Shown one piece after another: positions 1 to 9,469 of a stretch of 64,000 bases of DNA. A program made the translations under genes and the position numbers. Below the pieces are notes generated by a model, which worked only from the letters and a program-made list of their open reading frames with translations, was not told the origin of the DNA and ran no database searches. Within the stretch, counting starts at the first letter, position 1; each line of letters starts with the position of its first letter. Source of the stretch: Candidatus Binataceae bacterium. GTDB taxonomy: Bacteria > Desulfobacterota > Binatia > Binatales > Binataceae. Location of the stretch: positions 190-64,189 of the forward strand of contig DATDGX010000147.1 of the NCBI GenBank assembly GCA_036521875.1, written 5' to 3'.

Positions 1-669
1 GCGGCGATTCTCCGCGCGTCCTTCCGGAGTCGCGTTGCTCGCGACGAAGTTCGTCTTGCCAAAGCCCTGGGTTATCAACCGGCTCGACGGAATCCCTTGC
101 ATCCCCAGGTAATTGGCGACCGCGCCGGCGCGCCGCTCGGAAAGCCTGAGATTGTAGGCCTCGCTCCCGATCGCATCGCAGTAGCCGTTCACATGCACCG
201 TCACGTCGGGATTCGCCTTCAGAGTCGCGGCGGCTTCATCCAGCACTGCAGCATCGCCCGGCCGGATGTTGTACTTGTTGAAATCGAAATGTACGCCGCG
301 TAGCACCAGCTTCTCCTTGGCAAGAGGCGGCGGAGGCGGAGGTGGCGGAGGAGGAGGCGGCGGTGGCGGCGGGGGAGGAGGAGGCGGCTGAATTATCGGA
401 TCGCAAACATAATGTCCGACCAGCAGACCGACTATCGCGCCGACACCGGCGCCGATCACTGCGCCGGTGACTTTTCGCGAAGACGGCGGGTTGTGCTCAC
501 TGGTGTCCCCGATTGCGTAGCCGGCGCCGGCGCCCGCTGCCGTTCCCAAGAGGGCGCCCACCGCGGCGCATCCGTCCCATCTCCTCGGCTGCTGCAGGTT
601 GGCGCAACCGGCGCATAGCAGGACGAAACTCGACGCGACCGCGGTCAGAAACGAAGCTCGGGTTCTCAT
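1..669 (-). CDS. OmpA-family outer-membrane lipoprotein (partial; C-terminus runs off the window start)
   Basis: Minus-strand ATG at 667-669 preceded by GGAGGAG RBS. N-terminus has signal peptide with lipobox LLCAGC, Gly-zipper GAxGAxG segment and about 22-residue polyproline linker; C-terminal part is an OmpA_C-like peptidoglycan-binding domain (NGYCD..GS..YN..LS..RA..V, NRRVE). Not in ORF track because it is truncated at the window edge. Confidence 0.8.
   Translation of the reverse strand, partial: MRTRASFLTAVASSFVLLCAGCANLQQPRRWDGCAAVGALLGTAAGAGAGYAIGDTSEHNPPSSRKVTGAVIGAGVGAIVGLLVGHYVCDPIIQPPPPPPPPPPPPPPPPPPPPPLAKEKLVLRGVHFDFNKYNIRPGDAAVLDEAAATLKANPDVTVHVNGYCDAIGSEAYNLRLSERRAGAVANYLGMQGIPSSRLITQGFGKTNFVASNATPEGRAENRR
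310..395 (-). repeat. Simple GGN/CCN repeat encoding a polyproline linker inside the OmpA-family gene
   Basis: Plus strand reads (GGC/GGA/GGT)n for about 85 nt; on the minus strand this is CCN x about 22, an uninterrupted Pro run. Confidence 0.9.
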
Positions 670-895
670 CTCTCCTCCCAGAAAGATCGGCGATGTGCCG
701 CGACAACGATTTAGCGCGCGAGAGGATTGATATGGAACGGAGTCACAAGAATTTAACTTCGTTTCGAAATTGTTACGTCCTCGAGTATTCGCGGCGCGTC
801 TGGTGCAGCTTCTAGTGTTTCTGGCAAGCTGATACACCTGCCGTCGGCCCAATAAGGCGGGCCGCTACAATCAGGCCCAGGTAGCCTGACAAACG

Positions 896-1171
896 ATGCC
901 TGACAACAGCTCAGTTAATTTGCGCAGTGGGGAACAACCCTCACTTCCGCGCCGAATCTGGAACGGATGGAAACGCGTCGCGCGCAAGATCGGCGACTTT
1001 CAGGCGCGAGTGATTCTCAGCGTGTTTTACTTCGTGTTGCTTGCGCCGTTCGCCCTCGTCTCCCGCCTGAGCAGCGATTCGGCGGCGGCCCGGCAAGCCG
1101 CGCCTCACGGATGGACTCTCAAATCGGCTCGCACCGGAACTCCGATGGAAGAGGCGAGCAAACAATTCTGA
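896..1171 (+). CDS. SxtJ-like small membrane protein (carbamoyltransferase-associated)
   Basis: 91-aa ORF directly upstream (29 nt) of the carbamoyltransferase. Single hydrophobic helix ILSVFYFVLLAPFALVSRL following a basic W-rich stretch, pattern typical of SxtJ-family proteins that co-occur with NodU/CmcH carbamoyltransferases and DUF5989. Start codon uncertain. Confidence 0.45.
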   Translation: MPDNSSVNLRSGEQPSLPRRIWNGWKRVARKIGDFQARVILSVFYFVLLAPFALVSRLSSDSAAARQAAPHGWTLKSARTGTPMEEASKQF

Positions 1172-1200
1172 CCGCGCCGCGCCATCTCTCGAAATTCTAA

Positions 1201-2985
1201 ATGTTCGTACTCGGCATCTCCTGCTACTTCCACGACGCGGCCGCGGCGCTCTTGAGCGACGGGCAGTTGGTTGCCGCCGCGGAAGAGGAACGGTTCACGC
1301 GGAAGAAGCATGACTATGAATTTCCCGAGCATGCGATCGAGTTTTGCCTGCGCACCGCTAAGATTCGCGCCGAAGACCTCGACTACGTGGTCTTTTTCGA
1401 GAAACCCTTTCTCAAGTTCGAGCGCTTATTCCTGACCAGCCTGCAAACCTTCCCGAAATCGTGGCGGGTGTTTCAGGACGCGATGGTCACCTGGCTCGGC
1501 GACAAACTCTGGATACGGCATCTGATCCAGAAGAAGCTCGGCTTACGCCCCGAGCGGATCCTGTTCAGCGAACATCATCTGTCGCACGCGGCGAGCGCTT
1601 TTTTGTGCTCGCCGTTCGAAGAAGCGGCGCTGCTCACGGTCGACGGCGTCGGCGAATGGACGACCGCGAGCATCGGGCTCGGCAAAGGCAATCAGATCCG
1701 CCTGCTCAAGGAAATTCGCTTTCCGCACTCGATTGGACTGCTCTATAGCGCCTTCACCGCGTTCCTGGGCTTTGAGGTCAACGAGGGCGAGTACAAGGTG
1801 ATGGGAATGGCGCCGTTCGGAGAACCGCGCCACGTCGACAAGGTCCGCAAGCTGATTCATTTGAATGGCGACGGCAGCTTCGAGCTGGATCTCGACTACT
1901 TCAGCTTTCATTACTCGGCGACCCGCACCTTTAATCATAAGTTCGAAACACTATTCGGCGATCCGCGGCGCTCCGACGAGTATTTCTTCACATCCAAGAC
2001 TGACTATCCGTCTTACTATGGAGCAAAGCCCGGTAACTACTCAGAGTTGTGCCGGGCGAATGAGTATTACGCCGATATCGCCGCGAGCATCCAGGTAGTG
2101 GTGGAAGAAGCGGTCCTCGGGATGGCGCGCGAGGCTCATCGCGAGACCGGCCTGACGCGCTTGTGCATGGCCGGCGGGGTCGCTCTGAACAGCGTCGCCA
2201 ACACCAGGATCCTGAAAGAGACGCCCTTCAAGGAGCTGTACGTGCAGCCCGCGGCCGGCGACGGCGGTGGCGCCTTGGGCGCGGCGCTTTACGGATGGCA
2301 CGTCGTGCTCGGCAAGCCGCGCGGCTTCGTGATGGACCACGCCTACTGGGGCGAACAACACGAAATGGCGGAGGTCAAGTCATTCGTGGATGACAACCGC
2401 ATCGCGCACCAGTGCTTCGGCAGCGAAGACGCGCTGATGGACCGCGTGGTGGCGATGCTTGCGGACGGCAAGGTCACCGGCTGGTCGCAGGGGCGCTTCG
2501 AATGGGGCCCGCGGGCGCTCGGAAATCGCAGCATCCTGGCCGATCCGCGCCGCGCCGACATGAAGGACATCGTGAACCTGAAAATAAAATTCCGCGAGCC
2601 GTTTCGCCCGTTCGCACCCTCGGTGATCGCGGAACGCGCGGAGGAATATTTCGACTTGCCCAATCCGATGCGGCAATTTCCCGCACGCTTCATGCTCTAT
2701 GTCACCCCCGTCCGCGACCAGCATCGCCATCAGCTTCCCGCGATCACGCATGTCGATGGCACCGCGCGGCTGCAGACCGTATGGCGCGACTCGAATCCGC
2801 GCTACTATCGCCTGATTGAACAGTTCGGAGCCGCGACCGGAGTGCCGGTTCTGTTGAATACTTCTTTCAACCTGCGCGGCGAGCCGATAGTCAATTCGCC
2901 CACCGAGGCGTATAGCACATTCATGAACAGCGGAATGGACGCGCTGGTAATCGAGAACGTATTAATCGAGAAGTCTAAAAGTTAG
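1201..2985 (+). CDS. Carbamoyltransferase (NodU/CmcH/NovN family, Kae1/HypF-like fold)
   Basis: 594 aa. N-terminus MFVLGISCYFHDAAAAL..HHLSHAASAF and C-terminal carbamoyltransferase domain (ITHVDGTARLQTV, LLNTSFN) are hallmarks of the family. Confidence 0.9.
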   Translation: MFVLGISCYFHDAAAALLSDGQLVAAAEEERFTRKKHDYEFPEHAIEFCLRTAKIRAEDLDYVVFFEKPFLKFERLFLTSLQTFPKSWRVFQDAMVTWLGDKLWIRHLIQKKLGLRPERILFSEHHLSHAASAFLCSPFEEAALLTVDGVGEWTTASIGLGKGNQIRLLKEIRFPHSIGLLYSAFTAFLGFEVNEGEYKVMGMAPFGEPRHVDKVRKLIHLNGDGSFELDLDYFSFHYSATRTFNHKFETLFGDPRRSDEYFFTSKTDYPSYYGAKPGNYSELCRANEYYADIAASIQVVVEEAVLGMAREAHRETGLTRLCMAGGVALNSVANTRILKETPFKELYVQPAAGDGGGALGAALYGWHVVLGKPRGFVMDHAYWGEQHEMAEVKSFVDDNRIAHQCFGSEDALMDRVVAMLADGKVTGWSQGRFEWGPRALGNRSILADPRRADMKDIVNLKIKFREPFRPFAPSVIAERAEEYFDLPNPMRQFPARFMLYVTPVRDQHRHQLPAITHVDGTARLQTVWRDSNPRYYRLIEQFGAATGVPVLLNTSFNLRGEPIVNSPTEAYSTFMNSGMDALVIENVLIEKSKS

Positions 2986-3004
2986 CTGAATATAGAGACT
3001 GACT

Positions 3005-3184
3005 ATGAAGTTCTGGACCGGAATCAAATCGCGGTTCTCGATAATTTCGGAGTTGCTGCAGTTCTTCGCGAACAACAAGGTGTGGTGGCTGACCCCAATC
3101 ATCGCGCTGCTTCTGGTGTTCGGCCTGCTGGTGATTTTCGCGCAGAGTTCGGCTATCGCGCCGTTCATCTACACGCTGTTCTGA
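3005..3184 (+). CDS. DUF5989-like small membrane protein (59 aa, SxtK-like)
   Basis: ATG 3005, stop TGA 3182-3184. Protein MKFWTGIKSRFSIISELLQFFANNKVWWLTPIIALLLVFGLLVIFAQSSAIAPFIYTLF has one TM helix. This small-protein family is characteristically encoded immediately after carbamoyltransferases. Below the 60-aa threshold of the ORF track. Confidence 0.6.
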   Translation: MKFWTGIKSRFSIISELLQFFANNKVWWLTPIIALLLVFGLLVIFAQSSAIAPFIYTLF

Positions 3185-3204
3185 GCGGGGAAAACGCAAC
3201 GACG

Positions 3205-4599
3205 ATGTTGAGTCCCTACATTGAAGCGTGGAACCTGCGCGACCTGGTGATTCGCAAGGAGATCCGTCCGCGCGAAGTCGCCGAGTTTTTTCTCGCCCGA
3301 ATCGAGAAGCTCAACGCAAAGCTCGGCGCATTCATGACCGTCACCCCCGAGCGCGCGAACGAAGACGCGGAGCGCCTCGAGCTGATGACCGCGGAGGAAG
3401 CCGCCGCAATGCCGCTGTTCGGGGTCGCGTACTCGCTCAAGGATCTCACCTGGACCAAAGACATTCGCACCACCTTCGGATCGAAGAACTACGAGAACTG
3501 GTTCGCACCCGCCGATGCCGAGATCGCGGTGCGGCTTCGCAACGCTGGCGGGATCCTGCTCGGCAAAACCACGACTTCGGAATTCGGATGCCGCCCCACG
3601 GTCGAGGGCGGACTATGCCCGCCTGCCATCAATCCGTGGAATGTCGAACACACCGCGGGCGGCTCGAGCGGCGGAGCCGCAGCCGCGGTCGCATCCGGGA
3701 TGCATCCGATCGCGCAGGGCAGCGACGGCGGCGGCTCGGTCCGGATTCCCGCCGCGTGCTGCGGGTTGGTCGGGATCAAACCGTCGCGCGGCCGCATCAC
3801 GTATGCGCCGCAGCAGGCGGAGTCGTGGGGCGGCTTCTCGACCATCGGACCACTCGCGCGCACGGTGCGCGACGCCGCGCTGATGCTCGATACGATGGCG
3901 GGCTCTGTGATCGGCGATCCGTACACGGCGTCGCCGCCCGCCAAGCCGTTCGTGAAAGCGCTCCGCGCGCGGCCAAAGAACTTGCGGCTAGGCGCGATTT
4001 CAGAGTCGTCGCTTGGCAGGTGCGACGCCGAGACGCTGGCCGCATTCGAGTCGGCGTGCGAGATGATGCGCGCGATGGGGCATACGATCGAGCCGCTCAA
4101 GCTCGATCCCGGCGCGCGGCTGATGGAATTCGCGCGGACGATCGTATGCGCCGGCGTAAGCGCCCTGCAGATCGAGAATCCCGCTCTCATGGACGAGGTC
4201 GCGCGCGGAACGTACGAGTATGGCCGCCGGATCAGCGCGGCCGAGTACATCCGCACGGTAACCCAGATGCACAACGCCTCGCGCGAGATCGTGCGCGAGC
4301 TGGCGCCCTACGATGCACTGCTGACGCCGACGCTCACTCGCCCCGCGGTGCGGCTCGGCACGTTGCCGTCGTCGCGTGAGAGCGCAAGCGCCGACATCTA
4401 TGGATGGAACTGTTTCGCATTCCCGTTCAACGTCACCGGCCAGCCCGCGGTAGCACTGCCCAATGGATTCGCCAGCTCAGGACTGCCTTTGAGCGTGCAA
4501 ATTGTCGGCCGGCCGTATGATGAGGCGGGGATAATCGCCCTGGCCGCGCAATTCGAAACCGCGCGTCCGTGGCGCAGCAAGCATCCACGCGTCGATTAG
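3205..4599 (+). CDS. Amidase (amidase-signature family)
   Basis: GGSSGGAAAAVASGM motif plus catalytic Ser-cisSer-Lys context (KDL..K, GGSSGG). Start assigned to ATG 3205 (MLSPYIEAWN...) 20 nt after the DUF5989 ORF; the track ORF 3082.. is an upstream in-frame extension. Confidence 0.85.
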   Translation: MLSPYIEAWNLRDLVIRKEIRPREVAEFFLARIEKLNAKLGAFMTVTPERANEDAERLELMTAEEAAAMPLFGVAYSLKDLTWTKDIRTTFGSKNYENWFAPADAEIAVRLRNAGGILLGKTTTSEFGCRPTVEGGLCPPAINPWNVEHTAGGSSGGAAAAVASGMHPIAQGSDGGGSVRIPAACCGLVGIKPSRGRITYAPQQAESWGGFSTIGPLARTVRDAALMLDTMAGSVIGDPYTASPPAKPFVKALRARPKNLRLGAISESSLGRCDAETLAAFESACEMMRAMGHTIEPLKLDPGARLMEFARTIVCAGVSALQIENPALMDEVARGTYEYGRRISAAEYIRTVTQMHNASREIVRELAPYDALLTPTLTRPAVRLGTLPSSRESASADIYGWNCFAFPFNVTGQPAVALPNGFASSGLPLSVQIVGRPYDEAGIIALAAQFETARPWRSKHPRVD

Positions 4600-4689
4600 T
4601 TTTAGATCAGCGATCTGTTAAGCCGATTTTCCGCTGCTGCTCAGGGCGCGAGCTTGCGGAACCACTGGGAGCGATGCTTTAAGCGAATG

Positions 4690-5562
4690 GAGATGAACAT
4701 CTCACTATTCCGTCATGCGTCGCGCGTTCTGGGGCGCGCCAGCGTTCCGAGTGCGGTATCGGCCTTATGCGCGGCGGGCCTCGTCTTCGTCTACCTGGTA
4801 TCGTTCATGGCCACGCCGGCTCGTTGCGACGATGCGGATATGTGGTGCGGCGCCGCGTGGTCCTGCGAGCAGCCGGTGCCCCCGCAAGCCGCCCAGGCCC
4901 CTTCCGTTCCACAAATATGGACCGCTATAGCGATTTCCAAGTCGACGCTGGGAAACGCCACGTCGTGGCAGGCGTCCTCAGAGTCCACCGCGGAAAGTGT
5001 CGCCCTCGACAGGTGCAACCGGAAACACCACGATTGCAGCATTGCGATATCTCGCCCCAACCTCTGCATCGCGCTCGCGGTCAGCACGAACTGGGCCTGG
5101 GCGGTTGGCCAGGCCGACACCTACATAGGCGCGGACCACGTGGCTTTCGCCAATTGCGTCGCCAACGGCGGAACTAAATGCGTCGTGACCGCCGATCCGT
5201 GTTCGGACGATGGACCGCTCGCGACGGGAAACTCATCCGCGTCCGCACAGACCCTGGGGCAGTCGACGAGTGCGCAAGCGGTCGATCAGCAACTGATCGG
5301 AGTGTGGGAAGTCGCGATACCTTCGCCACAGGGCGAGTTTGACATGCGTTCTCAGATCAACGCGAACGGCACTTTCTCAACGACATTTCCCGGATCGCCA
5401 ACGTCTCCGATTACCGGTTCATTTTCCGCGAGCAACGGAGTCTGGGTGTACACGACCGCGACGGGATCCGACGGCGGTTCCTACACTTTCACTAACCCGA
5501 ATCAGGTCACCATGGCGGGCAGGCTCGGGCCGCCCGCCACCTGGCATCGCGCAAGCAATTGA
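4690..5562 (+). CDS. Secreted protein with duplicated DUF4189-like Cys-containing domains
   Basis: Signal-peptide-like N-terminus (MEMNISLF...ALCAAGLVFVYLVSF). Two repeats of W.AIA.S...G...W...S...AE..AL..C......C pattern characteristic of DUF4189. Start uncertain (4654 or 4690). Confidence 0.5.
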   Translation, partial: EMNISLFRHASRVLGRASVPSAVSALCAAGLVFVYLVSFMATPARCDDADMWCGAAWSCEQPVPPQAAQAPSVPQIWTAIAISKSTLGNATSWQASSESTAESVALDRCNRKHHDCSIAISRPNLCIALAVSTNWAWAVGQADTYIGADHVAFANCVANGGTKCVVTADPCSDDGPLATGNSSASAQTLGQSTSAQAVDQQLIGVWEVAIPSPQGEFDMRSQINANGTFSTTFPGSPTSPITGSFSASNGVWVYTTATGSDGGSYTFTNPNQVTMAGRLGPPATWHRASN

Positions 5563-5614
5563 TCGACTTTCGTCAGCATTAAAGGATTTTCACCTCATCG
5601 CTGACAGCTAGTTC

Positions 5615-6670
5615 TCAGGGCCGCGCTTCCAGCACCAGGTTGAACGGGGTAGCGGTCGCGCGGCGCACGCGCGAGAATCCTCCGCTCAATATCACTTCTC
5701 GTAGTTTGGTTTCACCGGCCTGAGTGCCGAGCGCGAGACCCACTTCCTGCGACAATGATGCGGGCACGCAAATCTGCGTCGATGCCGAATAGAATATGCG
5801 GCCGATCGGATTGAGATTGTCCGCCATTTGATCGCTGGAGAAGGGCTCGACAATCATCCATGTGCCGCCGGGCTTCAAGGTCGACTTGACGTGCGCAGCC
5901 ACGCCGACCGGGTCGCCCATGTCATGCAGGCAGTCAAAGAATGCAACTAAATCGTAGGTGCCGGTAAATTCCTTCGCCGACGCGCGCTGGAAGGTGACCC
6001 GGTCAGTGACGCCGCTCTCACGCGCCACCTCGCGCGCGCGCAGCAGCGATGGTTCGTGATAGTCGAAGCCCGCGAATTGCGATTTTGCAAATGCCTTGGC
6101 CAGCAAAATGGTCGATGCGCCATGGCCGCAGCCGACATCCGCGACCTGCGCGCCGCGTTCGAGCTTTTCCTTGACGCCCTCCAACGCCGGAATCCATTCC
6201 GACACCAGATGCATCGCGTAGCTCGGGCGGAAAAATCTCTCCGTGCCGCTGAACAGGCAGGGATCGTGCTCATGCCACCCGACCCCTCCGCCGGTGCGGA
6301 ACGCCGCCTCGACCTTGGGAAGATCGCGCGCGGCAGCGGCGGCGATTTCGAACATCGCGGGGAAAAATGCGGGTCCGTTTTCGTCGGCGAGGATCAGCGC
6401 CTGCTCGGGTGAAATCGAAAATCGCTCCGTCGCAGGGTCGAAATTGATATAGCCGCCCGCCGCCTGCGCGGCCGCCCACTCGCGCACGTAGCGCACCGCA
6501 GTGCCGGTGCGCGATGCGAGTTCTGCGGAGGTCAATGGTCCCGCGGCTGCCAGCGCCTTGTACAATCCTAACTTGTCGCCCAGGAGGACCAGCCCGATGC
6601 CCAACGCGGCACCCACCTCGCCGAGCATCTTGCCGAGAAGTTGCTGAAGCTTTCCTTCGTCGATTGCCAT
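5615..6670 (-). CDS. Class I SAM-dependent methyltransferase (O-methyltransferase-like, with N-terminal winged-helix dimerisation region)
   Basis: VADVGCGHGASTILLAKAF (motif I GxGxG), acidic FD motif II, DCLHDMGDP motif; 351 aa. Confidence 0.8.
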   Translation of the reverse strand: MAIDEGKLQQLLGKMLGEVGAALGIGLVLLGDKLGLYKALAAAGPLTSAELASRTGTAVRYVREWAAAQAAGGYINFDPATERFSISPEQALILADENGPAFFPAMFEIAAAAARDLPKVEAAFRTGGGVGWHEHDPCLFSGTERFFRPSYAMHLVSEWIPALEGVKEKLERGAQVADVGCGHGASTILLAKAFAKSQFAGFDYHEPSLLRAREVARESGVTDRVTFQRASAKEFTGTYDLVAFFDCLHDMGDPVGVAAHVKSTLKPGGTWMIVEPFSSDQMADNLNPIGRIFYSASTQICVPASLSQEVGLALGTQAGETKLREVILSGGFSRVRRATATPFNLVLEARP

Positions 6671-6690
6671 CGCATGCCTCCTTGATTAAA

Positions 6691-7047
6691 TCAGCGATCC
6701 AGCCATTTGGGATTGTTGATTGCAAGCGCGTCGGCCAGCGACTGGCGGATGTGCGCGCGCAAAGCAGGATCGTCGAGCGCGATAGCGCCGCCGCGGATAC
6801 GCTCCGCGAGCTCCATGCTCAGCTTCTCGACGTCGGCGTCGTGGCCAAGCATGGCGGCGAGCCGCGCGCGTTCCGCGGCCGCCTGCGCGTCGCGAAGCTC
6901 CAGCTCACGGCGGACCGTGTTGAGAACGTTGACCGTGACCCGAGTCTGGAAGCGATGATAGCTCTCTAGCGTCGGCATCAATTCGCCTTCCAGATACTTG
7001 ACCGCGGCCTTCAGAAGAAGGGCGGCATCGGGCATGCTTCGTGGCAT
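6691..7047 (-). CDS. DUF6285-like small protein (companion of phosphotransferase/acyl-CoA dehydrogenase pairs)
   Basis: 118-aa ORF immediately downstream of the phosphotransferase gene; position and size match the family. Confidence 0.55.
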   Translation of the reverse strand: MPRSMPDAALLLKAAVKYLEGELMPTLESYHRFQTRVTVNVLNTVRRELELRDAQAAAERARLAAMLGHDADVEKLSMELAERIRGGAIALDDPALRAHIRQSLADALAINNPKWLDR

Positions 7048-7083
7048 AGTCAGTCCATATTTCCGATCTAGTCAGTTAAATAG

Positions 7084-8115
7084 TCAGTCCCGCCCTTCGA
7101 TTAGGTTCAGGAAGTCCCAAAGAGGCTCCTCGATTCGCCGGCCGATAGCGGATCGTTCGATTCCGACTTCTTCGATTCCGCGAGTACCCAGTTGCAGGCA
7201 TCCGATTGCCCACTTCACGCTGCCGAATGCCTCCCAAAATCGCACGTGCGCGGGATCAACGCGATGACCGCTGGCCTTTTCGTATGCCGCGAACAGATCT
7301 TCACGCGTACCGAAACCGCCAACCGGACGCGGCCCGCCGAAGCGCCAGGTCTTCACGCACAGCCAGCCAAGGTCCTGCATCGGATCGCCGCTCAGCGCAA
7401 TCTCCCAATCTAGCACCAGGCGCACACCCTCCTCGCCGACGATCAGATTGCCGAGACGAAAATCACCATGAAGTACGGTATGGCGCGGGTTAGCCGGCGC
7501 CTGCTCCGCGGCCCAGCGCAAGCCCAGTTCGACCGCCGGAGATCGGAAGCGGTAGTAATCGACAATTCTCTGTTGCGCTGCGACCAGCGCGGCCGCATCC
7601 ATCCGCTTGAGGAACGGCGCCTCGGCGAGATCGATACTATGGATTGCGGCCAGGATGGTGCCGCACTGACGCGCCATTACGGCGCGGGCGTGGGCGAAAC
7701 GCTCCTCGCGCAGAATGCGCGGCGCCACCGTCTCGCCCGCCACGCGCTCGGTCACGTAGCCGGAGCCGAGGCCGTCGGCAGGCTCGAGGACGGCGCGGAT
7801 TCGCGGCGCCGGCACGCCATGTTTCACCGCGGCGATCATCAGGCGCGCGTCTTCCGCCGCCGTCACGCGGATGAAGATGTCGGCGAGCGGATTCGGCGCA
7901 TCGTCGGCGGCGGCGCTGGAGATCTGCAGAATGAATTGCTGGCGCGCGCCCCCGACGTCGGCGTCGAACGACCAGGTGGTGCGGTTGGCGCCGCCGGTCA
8001 GCCGCTGCAGATCGTGCACGGTGCCCGGCGCCCCGATGTGCCGCGCGACCGCAGTCTGCAATTGCGCGGCGATGTCGTCGTTGGCCATTACCCAGTTCGG
8101 CGCTCGGACGCGCAT
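7084..8115 (-). CDS. Phosphotransferase-family protein (APH/choline-kinase-like kinase fold)
   Basis: Brenner motif HGDFRLGNLIV and DWE catalytic motif (LVLDWEIALSGDP). Start assigned to ATG 8113-8115 (MRVRAPNW...), which overlaps the upstream stop as TGATG. Confidence 0.8.
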   Translation of the reverse strand: MRVRAPNWVMANDDIAAQLQTAVARHIGAPGTVHDLQRLTGGANRTTWSFDADVGGARQQFILQISSAAADDAPNPLADIFIRVTAAEDARLMIAAVKHGVPAPRIRAVLEPADGLGSGYVTERVAGETVAPRILREERFAHARAVMARQCGTILAAIHSIDLAEAPFLKRMDAAALVAAQQRIVDYYRFRSPAVELGLRWAAEQAPANPRHTVLHGDFRLGNLIVGEEGVRLVLDWEIALSGDPMQDLGWLCVKTWRFGGPRPVGGFGTREDLFAAYEKASGHRVDPAHVRFWEAFGSVKWAIGCLQLGTRGIEEVGIERSAIGRRIEEPLWDFLNLIEGRD

Positions 8116-9389
8116 CACTCGGCAGCCTGTTTGCGGTCGCGGAAAAACCCGAATAGGTATTGCGCAACTCTGCGCATCTGGATTTCTTCCGAGCCCTCGG
8201 TGATGCGGTAGCGGCGATGATGCCGATAGATGTGCTCGAACGGCTTGTGGCGTGAATAGCCAATCGCGCCGTGCACCTGGATGGCGCGATCGGCCGCGTC
8301 GCAGACCAGCCGATTCGCGCGATAATTGCACATCGCAACCTTGTCCGAGAGTTTCAGCGCGACGTCGGGCTTGGACATCTGATCCATCTCCCACGCGGTC
8401 TTGTGGATCAGCGTCCGCAGCATCGCGGCTTCGGTGTGCAGCTCGACCAGCGGCCATTGAATCGCCTGGTTGGCGGAAAGTGGTTTGCCGAATGGCTTGC
8501 GCTGCTTGGCGTACTTCACGCTCTCGTCGATGCAGTACTGCGCCGCACCGAGCGACGACGCGGCCTGGCGGATGCGATTCTCATGCACGAAATGCTGCGC
8601 CACCGCGAGCCCATTCTCAGGATCGCCGAGGATCGCGTCGGCAGGCACGAACACCTCCGTCAGAGAGATGCGCGGATGGTCGGTCGGCATGTTGAAGGTC
8701 CACAGGTACTCCTCGATCTTGAAGCCGGCGCTGTCGGTCGGGACGATGAAACAGCTGATGCCGGTGGCGCCGCCGTCCCTGCCACTTGAGCGCGCGAAGA
8801 TGAAGTCGTGGGTAGCGACGTTGACGCCGGTGTTCCACATCTTCGCGCCGTTGATGCGCCATCCGTCGCCCTCGCGCACCGCGCGCGTCTCCATCCAGGT
8901 CGCGTCGGAGCCGTGGTTGGGCTCTGTCAAGCCGAACGCGATGCGCATCGAGCCGTCGAGAAGTTTCGGAATGAGTTCTTTCTTCTGTTGCGGCGTGCCG
9001 AAATCGCGGAACATCAGGACGGTCGGAAGGTTGCCCACGATCGAGCTTTCGTTCTGCAGATCGTTATGCAGCCCGAGGCCCTTCGCCGCCAGGTACTCGC
9101 GGATGATCGCCATCGCGAGGTTGGTGCCGTCCTTGCCGCCGTACTCCTTGGGCAGCGCGTAGCGGTAGTGTCCGGCCTTGTCGGCGCGGCGGCGCATTTC
9201 TCGCAACAGTTCCTCCCACTCATGGCGCGGCAGACCGCCGTTCTCGTAATCGGTGCGCGCCCATTCACGTCGATGATCGAAGAAGCGGATGTTGTCGTTC
9301 TCGCGCTCCAGCGGTTTGATTTCTTTTTCGATGAAGGCATCCAACTCGGCGAGATAGGCCTTGATGTCGGCCGGAATGTTGAAGTCCAC
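8115..9389 (-). CDS. Acyl-CoA dehydrogenase family protein
   Basis: 424 aa. ACAD N-terminal, middle (GLTEPNHGSDA) and C-terminal domains recognisable; catalytic region YRITEGSEEIQ. Confidence 0.9.
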   Translation of the reverse strand: MDFNIPADIKAYLAELDAFIEKEIKPLERENDNIRFFDHRREWARTDYENGGLPRHEWEELLREMRRRADKAGHYRYALPKEYGGKDGTNLAMAIIREYLAAKGLGLHNDLQNESSIVGNLPTVLMFRDFGTPQQKKELIPKLLDGSMRIAFGLTEPNHGSDATWMETRAVREGDGWRINGAKMWNTGVNVATHDFIFARSSGRDGGATGISCFIVPTDSAGFKIEEYLWTFNMPTDHPRISLTEVFVPADAILGDPENGLAVAQHFVHENRIRQAASSLGAAQYCIDESVKYAKQRKPFGKPLSANQAIQWPLVELHTEAAMLRTLIHKTAWEMDQMSKPDVALKLSDKVAMCNYRANRLVCDAADRAIQVHGAIGYSRHKPFEHIYRHHRRYRITEGSEEIQMRRVAQYLFGFFRDRKQAAE

Positions 9390-9469
9390 GGCGGTTCTCC
9401 TCTGGCGGTCCTTATCTGCGAGGCGTACCAGAGTGCGAATACGAACGGAAGCAAAAAGAGGCGAGCAAG

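Noticed and set aside
3228-4379. 383-aa plus-strand ORF (Arg-rich, PRDRG...) overlapping the amidase gene in another frame
   Set aside because: Typical high-GC shadow ORF: low-complexity Arg/Ala/Gly composition, no start context, fully inside a gene with strong family motifs.
7468-8338. Several 200-250-aa ORFs on both strands inside the phosphotransferase/ACAD region
   Set aside because: Alternative-frame artefacts of GC-rich coding sequence; compositionally biased and overlapping genes with clear motifs.
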